In this document: one piece after another, positions 37,192 through 48,372 of the stretch
How the letters are laid out: each line of letters starts with the position of its first letter
How positions within the stretch are numbered: position 1 is the first letter of the stretch
Assembly (NCBI GenBank): GCA_030390025.1
Contig: CM059431.1
Location: 95,234,001-95,298,000, forward strand
Source: Squalus acanthias
Lineage: Eukaryota
Direction: 5' to 3'
DNA length: 64,000 nucleotides
Notes under the pieces: generated by a model
What the model was told of the DNA's origin: nothing
Database searches by the model: none
The model's input: the letters and a program-made list of their open reading frames with translations, nothing else
Translations under genes and position numbers: made by a program

Positions 37192-37662
37192 ACACAAAAC
37201 AAAAGCAAAATACCATGGATGCTGGAAATCTGAAGTAAAAACAGAAAATGCTGGAAATAGTCAGCAGATCAGGCAGCATCTTTTGAGAGAGAAACAGAGT
37301 TTACGTTTCAGGTTGATGACCTTTTGTCAGATTTGGAAGAAATTAGAGATGTTACAGTTTTTAAGAAAGTACGGAGGCAGGGAAAGAGGGAGGGGAGGAG
37401 GAAGTGAGGAAAGAACAAAAGGGAAGATCAGTGATAGGGTCTAAAGCTGGAGTGATTAAATGACAAAAGGGATGATAGTGCAAGGCAAGGGGGTGGTAAT
37501 GGGCGTAGAGGAGGTGTAAATGGCAACAGCAGAACCATTACCAGTACCAGCTGTACGAAAAAGTAGGAGCAGTGGTCATGATCTGAAATGATTGAAATCG
37601 ATGTTGAGTCCGGAAGGTTGTAGAGTGCCTAATCGAAAGATGAGATGCTGTTTCTCGAGTTC
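37192..37662 (-). mobile_element. Penelope-like 3' remnant
   Basis: Reverse complement of the 43128-43265, 47652-47700 and 52846-52900 pieces; contains a hammerhead-like core at 37305-37330. Confidence 0.6.
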
Positions 37663-37944
37663 ATAGAGATGTCTCTATGTGTTCCATGGTGCTTCCCTGA
37701 GATTGCTGCAGCTTCTTCAATCTTTTTGCAGCCATTTGACCAATGTATATCTTGTATTCCCTGTTGATTCACTCCTTTCTTTCAATCTACCTTGCAGAGG
37801 TGGACTGAGCCTTTAAATAGTGGCTGGGAAATTATGTCATGCAGGTGGGCAGCACACGCGCAGACGCATCATTACATTGGAGAACCTGGAAGCTTTATTT
37901 AAATGATGCCTGGCCATTAAAGTTGGCCAGGCTTCCACACTGTT

Positions 37945-39362
37945 CGCAAACTTGGTGTCATATTTGACCCTGAAATGAGCTTCTGATCACATAGCCACGG
38001 CATAACAAAGACCGCCTATTTCCACCTCCGTAACATTGCCCCATCTCCACTCTTGCCTCAGCTCATCCGCTGCTGAAACCTTCATGCCTTTGTTACCTTT
38101 AGACTTGACTATTCCAACACACTCCTGGCTGGCCTCCCACATTCTACCCTACGTAAACTTGAGGTCATCCAAAACTCGGCTGCCCGTGTCCTAACTTGCA
38201 CCAAGTCCCATTCACCCATCACCCCTGTGCTCACTGAACTCCATTGGCTCCCGGTTAAGCAACACCTCGATTTCAAAATTATCATCCTTGTTTTCAAATC
38301 CCTCCATGGCCTCGCCCCTCCCTATCTCTGTAATCTCCTTCAGCTCCACAACCCCCCAAGATATCTGCGCTCCTCTAATTCTGCCCTCTTGAACATCCCT
38401 GATTATAATCGCTCAACCATTGGTGGCTGTACCTTCTGTTGCCTAGGCCCTAAGCTCTGGAATTCCCTGCCTAAACCTCTCCGCCGCTCTACCTCTCTTT
38501 CCTCCTTTAAGATGCTCCTTAAAACCTACCTCTTTGACCAAGCTTTTGGTCACATAAGAATATAAGAAATAGGAGCAGGAGTAGGCCAATCGGCCCCTCG
38601 AGCCTGCTCCGCCATTCAATAAGATCATGGCTGATCTGATCCTAACCTCAAATCTAAAGAACACAAGAAGTAGGAGCAGGACCCGGCCACTCAGCCCCTG
38701 GGCCCGCTCCGCCACCCACAGGGCCCTGACCGATCCGAACTCAGCCTCATGTCCAATTTCCTGCCCGTTCACCGTAACCCTTAATTCCCTTTACCTCTAG
38801 GAAACTATCTATTTCTGTTTTAAATTTATTTAATGATGTAGCTTCCACAGCTTCCTGGGGCAGCAAATTCCACAGACCTACTACCCTCTGAGTGAAGAAG
38901 TTTCTCCTCATCTCAGTTTCGAAAGAGCAGCCCCTTATTCTAAGATTATGCCCCCTAGTTCTAGTTTCACCCATCCTTGGGAACATCCTTACCGCATCCA
39001 CCCGATCAAGCCCCTTCACAATCTTATATGTTTCAATAAGATCGCCTCTCATTCTTCTGAACTCCAATGAGTAGAGTCCCAATCTACTCAACCTCTCCTC
39101 ATATATCCACCCCCTCATCCTCGGGATTAACCGAGTGAACCTTCTTTGTACTGCCTCGAGAGCAAGTATGTCTTTTCTTAAGTATGGACACCAAAACTGT
39201 GCGCAGTATTCCAGGTGCGGTCTCACCAATACCTTATATTGCCTGCCCTAATTTCTCCTTATGAGGCTCAGTGTCAAATTTTTTGTCTTATAATACGCCT
39301 GTGAAGTGCCTTGGGATGTTTTACTATGTTAAAGGCACTATATAAATACAAGTTGTTGTTGA
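37945..39362 (+). mobile_element. L2 3' end interrupted by a CR1
   Basis: LHWLPVKQ...FKMLLKTYLF; the tail resumes at ~39241 and ends CTATATAAATACAAGTTGTTGTTG. Confidence 0.88.
38553..39240 (-). mobile_element. 5'-truncated CR1
   Basis: ORF 38747-39229 (VRPHLEYCAQFW...RNFFTQRVV); 3' UTR with a duplicated tail. Confidence 0.9.
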
Positions 39363-39434
39363 TGCTGTGGTTTTGTCACTCACTAACACCCTTGCATGCC
39401 ACATTCCTGTCTCTGGGTAAAAATCAGGACCAAT

Positions 39435-40100
39435 GTTTTGCAGATTATTTTTGAATTTACCCCCTTTGAAGCACAGACCGTGTCTCCTGGTTCTACTGTT
39501 CGGGACAAGGTGAAACAGCTTAACATGGTTTACACTATCTAGTAGCATTAGAATCCTTAAAACAGCAATCATGTCACCTTTCAACTTTCTCTCTTCCAGT
39601 GAGAACATGCCCAATTTACACAATTCCTCCTCATATTTCATACCTTCCATCTCTTCTGTATCCTCTCAATAGCTGCAGTATCATTTTAGTATTGTGGTGG
39701 CCAGAACTGTACACAGTATTCTCAGTGTGGTTGCACCAATGATTTATAAAGAGGCAGGATTACCTCACTCTTTTGGCTCAATATTGACCTTTCAAACATC
39801 TGAACATCTGATTTGCTTTACAGACTGCCACTGAGCATTGTTGCGATAGCTTCAATGCATTGTCAATCAGGATCCCCAGATCTCTTTAATTTTCCATGTA
39901 CATTATTTTCTTTCAGTTTAAGTAATAGTCCCTTCTTGGATTTTCTGTCCCCATGTGAAGCACTTTGCATTTCTCTACATTGAATTTCATTTGCCACCTG
40001 TCTGCCCATTTCCCAAGTATAATCAAATCTCCCTATAGCTTATCCTGTTAGCTTTGGAGTCTATCACCTCCATTAGCTTTGCATCATCTGCAAATTTGTT
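39435..40100 (-). mobile_element. Old CR1 RT C-terminal fragment
   Basis: LGMFSLEERKLKGDMI; TTTGCAGATGATGC (FADD) in reverse at ~40080-40095. Confidence 0.7.
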
Positions 40101-40111
40101 TTGGATGCAAT

Positions 40112-40410
40112 TACAGCAGCCATTGTGTGCACTGCAAGATCTCACAAACAACGAGTTCTGTTTCTGGTGATGTTTGTCAAAAAATAAATGTTGACCAGAT
40201 CACCAGAAGAATTTCCTGCTCTTCTTTGAATAGTGCCATGGAATCTTTTACATCTACCAGAGCAGGCAGACATTGAAAATGTGGCACCATTGATAATGGT
40301 GTACTCCCTCAGTACTTTACTGAAGTGTCAACGCAGATTTTATATGCTTAAGTCCTGGAGAGGGACTTTAACCTACAACCTTCTGACCAAAATGGCTCGC
40401 TCACTGATGC
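40112..40410 (-). mobile_element. SacSINE1/Deu-like SINE body
   Basis: AATAGTGCCATGGAATCTTTTACATC...CTCCCTCAGTACT...GGACTTTAACC (degenerate B box in reverse). Confidence 0.55.
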
Positions 40411-43018
40411 ACCAGAGGAGGAAGAGAGAAAAGAAGAAGGGCAGCTGAGGGCTCGCTTCAGGAAGAGGTCATAAAAGAAAACCTTGTGCGAGTTGTCAGA
40501 CATCTCTGGAAGCAGCTCATAAAGGACCCTCTCACCTAAAATAACATCCATGCCTCCTGGCAATTCAGCCTTGCCATCATGTCCCCTTTGGCAACTACAT
40601 CAACCTATTCATTTACTGACAGGTGTTTTCCTCCATAATGACCAAGACTCCCATTTGGAAAATGTTGTTACTCTTTCTCACAGGTTTTCCCCCATCTTTC
40701 CCCAAATTATTCTGCACATATCCTGTCAGTGAATAAAAACGGTTTGTTTTTTTAACCACATGCTTCACCTTGGTGTTTATATTTTTGATCCTAATCTCCT
40801 CCTTCTCTCCAGTTCTCCCTCAATGGCTGTAGGTTCTGAGGTGGCAGAAACCTGGAGGGACTGAGGTTATTTTTGGTAGGGGGCCACTTTCTCCTTCAAA
40901 TAGAGAGAGTGAAGAGTCTCTGCTTTCCATCGTGTGTGAGGATTCTTAATGGGGTGATAGCAAGTGCAGAAAATGAGGAAACACATATTCCGAGTCTTTT
41001 ACTTTTTCCCTGCATGTCAGGCTGTGAGTGAAGGAACATTTTCAGGGGAAGGAAACAATTGTGACGGGTCCCATGGTATTTTGTGAATATTTCAGGGAAG
41101 TAGTACGTGGTGTTCTCGACAGAGAGGGCAAGCTCAGTGGAAATGTGAAACATGCTTCTAATACTGCATTGATTCAATTTGTGTCTACCTCCTCTTACTT
41201 TGGCTAACCTTGTAGGGCCATTGCACTCCTGGCATTGAGTAGGGGGTGCTCGAGGTGGCACTCAATGCCAAGGATACCTCCTTCCACTGAGCCTGGATCA
41301 TTTCTTTTGCAGGCCTCCTTTCCTTTGTGTGTTCAGGCATAGGCCAACTTTATAGCTAAACATCACAAGCATGCTCCATTGTTGTCAATGCCACAGGTGA
41401 TTAACGACTATGCTACAACATATCCATTGACAGATGATGCTCAAAGCATCTCTTTTGTTTTTAACGATATGATCAAACAGCTCGACTGCACGAACGCATA
41501 TCATAAAATTGCACAATGTCCCCAAAGATTTTGTACCCATTTAATAAAGGAGAACAACATGTGCTCCTGCAAAGGTCTGTGCTATGCAATACTATTGTCT
41601 TTGTACTTTGTCAACTTTCTGTACTTTAATTGTTTTGACTACACTGTTTCATATTGCATATATTTGTCATTGCTGCAGAGACATCGCTAATACAAGGCAT
41701 CAGTCTGATTACTGTACATATCATCATTTTAATGGCCAGCATATACCATTATGGAGACAACCTGTTACCTCAATAAAACACAGCAGATTATGAGTGTACT
41801 GTAAAGAACTGGACTTTGCAAGACATTTCATTCTGAGCAGTCTTCTTCATATCATCTTTGGAGATTAATAGGGGAAAGTAATTTATCAAATATATGCAGA
41901 ACTGAGTGAATATGAGATAAGGATGTATTAAAAATCAACAAGGTATCAGTGACAAGAAGTAGATTGTAGATCCCATGTAAAGAACAGCCTGATAAACGGA
42001 GAATGAAATGGCCTCTAGTAAGTAGTTTAGAGCAACTTCATACAGGTGCTGAAACTGTGCTAACGCATTTTTTTCCAGGATAACCCTGAGGTGATTTCAG
42101 CAGAGATCTCCTAGTTCTGCGAGAAAAGGTCAAACATTTGTCATTAAAATACATATATCAGCTGACAACATAATTTAATCTCTTGGGAATTTAGCAGAGG
42201 CTACTGCACTCCTCCCCAGAATTGTACTGAAATCTGCAACAAAATGAATCAATGCAGCAACTCAGTAGATGTGCATCAAATATTTAATCATGAACATTTT
42301 TTTTTAACAACATTTGAAAAATATGGATTCCGATTTTCACCAACCTATCTTTTGACATGAACAAGGCAGTAGCAGGATGAAAATTTCTAAAAGAATCAGA
42401 GCAATTTTGTGCCTCAGGCCTAGCCAAATGTGATTTTTGAAAAGGCCTTGATTTAGGCAGTTGACGCTTCTGCCTGAAACAGGGGCGAGCTTAATAAACA
42501 TATGCAAATAAGGGTCCTATACTGGTTTCAGGAACTGAATGCTATTTTGGTTGCAACCCACTTTGCTATCGACAATTCCTTAACCCACCCACAAACTATG
42601 GCCAGTACCTGTCGGAAGGACATCATTTACGGCAATATTTAAAGGGATCCTCAGCTGCTCTCAGGTAAAATGCCGGAAAGATTTTGGCTTGTATTAGAAA
42701 GTGGTTTTTGGTTACTTAAGCGATTTACAACTGTTGGCAGTGCCTGTACAATGTTCTCAACTGTTAAGGAGCTTCTGGCAATGCACTTTTTCCATAATGG
42801 GAGTCCTTCTGGGAATTCCACTGTAGTTAGAGGAAGAGGAGGTGGGGGGGCGGGGGAGAGGGCACCAGCAGGAAAGAGTACACAGAGCTGCAGCTGCAGG
42901 GAGAGCAATAAGAAGGAGGAGAGCTTGCAGGAATCCTTACCCTACCAGAGATTATAGGCCCAGGACAACATACCTCCACTTCTCAGAGGAGAAGTTCCTA
43001 CTGAGGCTGCACTTCAAG

Positions 43019-43127
43019 GGCAACACGGTGGCATAGTGGTTAGCACTGGTGCCTCACAGCGCCAGGGACCCGGATTCGAATCTGACCTCGGTCTGTTTCT
43101 ATGCTGTAAATTCTATGTAATTCTATG
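43019..43127 (+). mobile_element. HE1-like tRNA-derived SINE, internally deleted
   Basis: A box TGGCATAGTGG, B box GGATTCGAATC, head TTAGCACTGGTGCCTCACAGCGCCAGGGACCC, TTCTATG-type tail. Confidence 0.75.
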
Positions 43128-43648
43128 TCTCATTATCACCTCATTTTGCCTTGTACTCATCACTTTTGTCATATAATCGCCCGATCACAGCCCTTTCCTT
43201 TTAGTTCTTTACCTGCCCCTCTTTTCCCTGGGTCTGCACACGATTAAAAGCTGTTCATCTCTAACATAGAGTCATAGTTATAGAGTCATAGGGGTACAAA
43301 TTAGGTCGCGCCCCATTTGGGGCGCAAATATCGTCTGGACGCAAATATTAGCGCCTGGCGCTAATTATCGGCACTGACTGGAAACTTCACTTTTACCGCC
43401 CCGGGAGGTGAGTGGAGCGCTAAATCAGGCGCTGCACACCTGTCTTAAGGCGCAAAGGCCAAGGAGTGAGGCGCTAACTCAGCGCGCGAGCGCAGCGCAG
43501 CTGCTGCCAGTTAGCGAGGGAACACAGACACACTGGCGCCGGCCACTTCTTAAAGCGGGGGGGGCCACTTGCTCCCCAGCCACACCCTGCTCATTGCAGC
43601 CTTGAATCTCAGCCTGGAGAGACCTGTGAATCCATTTTGCTGCCAAGC

Positions 43649-45472
43649 ATGGAGAGGGTGAGAGAACGCGCTCATCGCTTCACCGAGCAGGCCTTGGATG
43701 CTCTGGTTGGCGCAGTGGAGCGCAGACGATGTATGCTGTTCCCTGAGAGTGGCAGGAGGCCTTTGCCACGCGAGTTCAGAAGAGTGTGGAGGGAGGTGGC
43801 TCAGAGCGTCTCCTCCAGGAGCATGGTGCCCAGGACCCATACTCAATGTCGCAAAAAGTTCAACGACCTCACTCGGGTCGTCAGGGTGAGTGGCTTTTTC
43901 TCAATATCTCTCCATCCCTCCATCTCAACCTCACTCTATGGCCAGAGGGTCTTAAAACCCCAATGCACAACACTCATCCAACACCTATGGCCCTTTCATC
44001 AAACACACACACACATTCCACACTTTGCATACAGTAAGGGCTATTCACCTATGGGAGGCACATCAGGCAAGACCATGGCTGCATACAGTAAGGGCTATTC
44101 ACCTATGGGAGGCACATCAGGCAAGACCATGGCTGTATATTTACTCAGATGCTGTCCTTTTTCTTGCAGGCTAAGCTGGCTCATAATAGGAGACAGCAGC
44201 AACGGACAGGTGGAGGGCGGCCTCAGCTGCAACCCCTCAGCGATCTGGAGGAGCGCGTCCACAGGATTGTGGCAAGCCGGGTGATCGGTCCCGTCGCCAC
44301 TGGAGACGCCGACCCCGTTCTGGACAGCAATGGTAAGGTCATCACCTTTTTGTCCTCTGTCCTTCCACTTGTCCCTCACAACATCAGCCTTTGACACTTT
44401 CAATCCAACTTGCTAACTCGCTGCACTTATTCCTCCCTTACTGACACCCTGTCCTCACGCTAAAGCCACTCTTGTACCTCCCTGCTTTCAGATGGTGATT
44501 CACCAGCTGAGGAGACGGGCCCTGAAGCTGCCACTGGGAGTGATGCTGCAGCTGAGGAGGAAGAGGAAGCCAGAGCATCAGTGCCACCCTCTCCCGAGGA
44601 AGCCCATGCCCACACTGGGAACACGCCTTCCCCGGAGGGGAGCAGGGGGGAAGGGGCTGATGAGGGTGAAGCTCCAGGACCCAGCGGGCTGCAGCAACGC
44701 CATGGGGGGGGGTAGGGAAGAACGGCGGCCTTCTCCCCAGAGGGAGAGTATGCCAGACACTCCTACTGCAATGGATGCAGAGGAGGAGCGGCTGATTGCA
44801 GAAATGAACACCCAGGCGGTGGGCATGCACACTGAGCTCATGGGTGCAGTGGGAAGGGTGCCCGAATGCATTGAGTCACTGGCAAGGAGTGTGGAGCACT
44901 TCGCTGTAGCACAGGCGGATGCCACACTAATGCTTAGTGCTGCAATTCAGTCACTGGCTGCCGTGATCCCATCTCTGACTGCTCTCATACAGACTCAGAT
45001 TGAGGCCACGCGAGCACAGACTGCTGCCAACCTCGATGGTTCGTGCACATGTCCCCGGGGCTGTCACCGCGCCGCAGCAGGCCAGCAATCTGTTCTCCGG
45101 CAGATTGCTCCGGATGCTGAAGTGCTGCCCCGTGGGAGTGCCAGTGTGTCGGGCGAGCAGGGAGTTGCTGTCCTCTCTCACGATGACAGCATTCCTGCTG
45201 CCAACACTGTCACTTCTCCACTGCACTTGCCACCGCCTGTAGGACAGACTGCTGCCGCCCATGCAGAATTGGTGCAGTCTGCAGCCGGGCCCTCCAGGCC
45301 CAGAAGTGGTCGAGGCCGTCCTTCAGGGGCATCTGCAGTGTCAGGGTCTGACGAGCAGCAGCCTTCCACCAGCCTTGCTGCAGCCACTGAGGTCCCATTA
45401 CGGAGGAGCAGTAGGGTTAGAAGGGGGGAAGTGCGCAAGGGAAGGAGATCACCCTCGAAGGGCAAAAAGTAG
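43649..45472 (+). pseudogene. Myb/SANT-coiled-coil gene of copy 1 (exons 43649-43885, 44170-44332, 44492-45472), frameshifted
   Basis: Canonical GT-AG sites; a G9 run at 44704-44712 (G5 in copy 2) puts TAG in frame right after the run. Confidence 0.75.
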
Positions 45473-45766
45473 GAGGTGTGACAAAATGCTGGTCATTTTT
45501 TTATTAAAGGCCGAGGTTCATGGTCCAACTTTTGTTTAGTGTTTTGGACATTATCTCCAGGTTGTGAGAACCAGTTATGTTATTGACTGTTTTTTTGTGT
45601 TTATTTCTATGAGTTTGTCATGAGGAATTGACACACACAGAGTTTGTAAAATAAATAAGTTTCTGTATTCAAAATATACATGGCTGGTGGTTGGAATTAT
45701 TGGTGCCTTGGCCGGCTTAGGGGTTGCGTGCTGGGTTGATTAATGTTGGTAGCAATGGCAGGGGCC

Positions 45767-46927
45767 CTAGAAGCGGCTTGCTATTAGCCGTTGACGGACG
45801 GCCCTTGCAGTTTGACCATTGTGGGCCGCCCTCCCGCCTTGGTGCTGCTGATGATCATCGTCCTCGTCCTCTTCCTCCTCTTCCTCCTCCTCCTCTGGTG
45901 GTGCTACAAGGCCTGGTGGCATTGGCTGGGTCCTGAGGATTGCCATGTTGTGCAACATGCAGCACACGACTACGAAGTTCGATACTTGCTCAGGCGAGTA
46001 CTGCAGGGCTCCTCCGGAATGGTCCAGACAGCAGAACCGTTGTTTCAGCACGCCGATTGTGTGCTCAATAATGTTCCTGATTGCTTGATGGCTTTCATTG
46101 TACCGCAGCTCAGCAGGGGTGTTTGGCGTACGGAGCGGTGTCATCAGCCAGGTGCTCAATGCATACCCCTTGTCCCCGAGAAGCCAACCAACTGGCTGAT
46201 GCGGTGCCTCGAAAAGTTCTGCCACAGTAGTCTGGCGCAGGATAAAAGCATCGTGGCAGCTGCCAGGATAGTGGGCATTGACAGCGAGTATCAGCTGTCT
46301 GTGGTCACAGACCAACTGGACATTCAAGGAATGGAACCCCTTTCTGTTCCTGAATTCCTCTGCATTCTCACGCGGAGCACGCAAAGCCACATGCGTGCAG
46401 TCAACGGCGCCCTGCACCATGGGGAAGCCCGCTACCCTCGCAAAGCCCAGAGCGCGGTCACGCTGCTTGTCTGGGGTCATAGGGAAAGAGATGAACTCTC
46501 GTCTCCTTCTGAAGAGGGCATTTGTGACCTGCCGGATGCAGCGATGCACCGCGAACTGGGAGATATTGGCGAGGTCCCCAACAGCAGCTTGGAATGAGCC
46601 AGTGGCGTAGAAGTTCAAAGCCACTGTGACCTTCACTGCCACCGACAGAGACGTCCTGGATCTCAGTTGAGGCTGCAGATCTGGCTGCAGCAGGTGGCAG
46701 AGCTCAGTGACCACCTCCTTGCTGAATCGCAGCCTTCGCAAACACAGCTCCTCGGGCATATGGATGTAGGAGAGCTGTTCACGATATACCCTGGGAGGGT
46801 AAGCTCTCCTGTACATGCGCCTGATGGCCCTCCTCCGTCTGGCCATCATTGCCACTCTCTCTCTGCGTCTCTGTATCCTCCGATTCAGCTGGAGCAGGAC
46901 GACGCCCCCAATCAGTGCAGCCCCCAT
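45767..46927 (-). CDS. Harbinger DDE transposase, 386 aa, intact
   Basis: ATG at 46927 (MGAALIGG); GAVDCTHV, CHDAFIL, LLGDKGY, RNIIEHTIG. Confidence 0.93.
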   Translation of the reverse strand: MGAALIGGVVLLQLNRRIQRRRERVAMMARRRRAIRRMYRRAYPPRVYREQLSYIHMPEELCLRRLRFSKEVVTELCHLLQPDLQPQLRSRTSLSVAVKVTVALNFYATGSFQAAVGDLANISQFAVHRCIRQVTNALFRRRREFISFPMTPDKQRDRALGFARVAGFPMVQGAVDCTHVALRAPRENAEEFRNRKGFHSLNVQLVCDHRQLILAVNAHYPGSCHDAFILRQTTVAELFEAPHQPVGWLLGDKGYALSTWLMTPLRTPNTPAELRYNESHQAIRNIIEHTIGVLKQRFCCLDHSGGALQYSPEQVSNFVVVCCMLHNMAILRTQPMPPGLVAPPEEEEEEEEEDEDDDHQQHQGGRAAHNGQTARAVRQRLIASRF

Positions 46928-48064
46928 ATTCTCTTTGCAAGAAAAGTAATGAGGGACAGCAACTAAAGTAGCAACAAAGTTAGGATGAATAGGCAAAACT
47001 ACCTCACAAAGCGTTGAGTCAATGTAGAAGTCTCTCTCTCTCTCTCTCCGAATCTCTCTCTCTCTCTCAGAACGAGTGGTGCATAAATGTCGACCACAGA
47101 AAAAGACAGGAAGAGGCCCCCTTTAAATAGCGCCCCCCCCAGCCCCACAGCGATTGATAGCGTTCCAGTCTTCCGGTCGTTGGAAGCGCCAGGCGGTAAG
47201 GCAGGGGGCGCCACTCAATTTCCGCTCCGGGGCGCCACAAGGGCGTTGCACCATGGAATGACGTCATAATCTGCGCGCGCAGGTGGTCGCAGCGGTAAGT
47301 TTTAGCGCCGCCGCACAATCTCTAGTTAAGTTCTCGAGCGGCGCAAACATCGCTGCGCCCGGGCGTTAGCGGCTTTGCGCCCTATTAGCGCCCTCTTAAG
47401 GCGCTAACGGGAGGCGCAACCAACTGAATTTTTACCCCATGGAGTTATACAGCACAGAAAGAGGCCCTTCGGCCCATCGTGTCCGCGCCGGCCATCAAGC
47501 CCTGTCTATTCTAATCCCATTTTCCAGCACTTGGTCCGTAGCCTTGTATGCTATGGCGTTTCAAGTGCTCATCTAAATGCTTCTTGAGTGTTGTGAGGGT
47601 TCCTGCCTCTACCACCCCTTCAGGCAGTGAGTTCCAGATTCCAACCACCCTCTTCCAGTTCTAATGCAAGGCCTTCAACCTGAAACGTTAACTCTGTTTA
47701 GAATCATAGAACCAGAGAATGATACAGCACAAAAGGAGGCCATTCGGCCCATCGTGCCTGTGCCGGCTCTTTGAAAGAGCAATCCAATTAGTCTCACTCC
47801 CCTGCTTTTTCCCCATAGCCCTGCACATTTTTACATTTCAAGTATTTATCCAATTCCCTTTTGAAAGTTATTATTGAAACTGCCTCTGCCATCCTTTCAG
47901 GCAGCGCATTCCAGATCATAACAACTCGCTCCGTAATTGTTTTTACTCATGTCGCCTCTGTTTCTTTTGCCAATTAGCTTAAATCTGTGTCCTCTGATAC
48001 CGAGCTTCTGCTACTGGAAACAATTTCACATTAGCTACATTTCAAAACCCTTCATGACTTTGAA

Positions 48065-48177
48065 CACCTCTTTCCCACATTACAACAGTGACTACACTTC
48101 ACAAAATACTTCATTGGCTGTAAAGCGCTTTGAGACGTCCGGTGGTCGTGAAAGGCGCTATATAAATGCAAGTCTTC
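48065..48177 (+). mobile_element. SINE 3' tail (L2-type)
   Basis: TTCATTGGCTGTAAAGCGCTTTGAGACGTCC...GGCGCTATATAAATGCAAGTC. Confidence 0.65.
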
Positions 48178-48372
48178 CTTCCTTATCTATCCTTAACCTT
48201 CTCTGCAGTAAGGAGAACAACCTCAGTTTATCTAGTCTCTCCACATAACTAAAGGTCTTTCATCCCTGGTACCATTCTAGTAAATCTCCTCTGCAGTCTG
48301 GTAAGTTTCCTTTGCACCTTCTCCATGCTTTGTCATCTTTCCTAAAGTGTTGTGCCCAGAATTGGACACAAT

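Larger units (their letters stand above)
43291..47438. mobile_element. Full-length Harbinger, copy 1
   Basis: TIRs GGGGTACAAATT / AATTTTTACCCC; flanks ATA and ATG; inserted in a CR1 microsatellite tail that resumes at 47439. Confidence 0.95.

Noticed and set aside
43019..43095. tRNA gene
   Set aside because: A and B boxes are present, but it continues into a CR1-type TTCTATG tail with no proper acceptor stem, so it is a SINE head.
44492..45472. 326-aa stand-alone ORF as a third Harbinger gene
   Set aside because: It is Myb exon 3. The ATG-led frame is fused to the C-terminus only through the G9 frameshift and is split in copy 2.
45791..46597. 268-aa antisense ORF, also open at 54252-55058
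   Set aside because: Shadow of the GC-rich transposase frame; it is shared only because the copies are nearly identical, and it has no recognisable motif.
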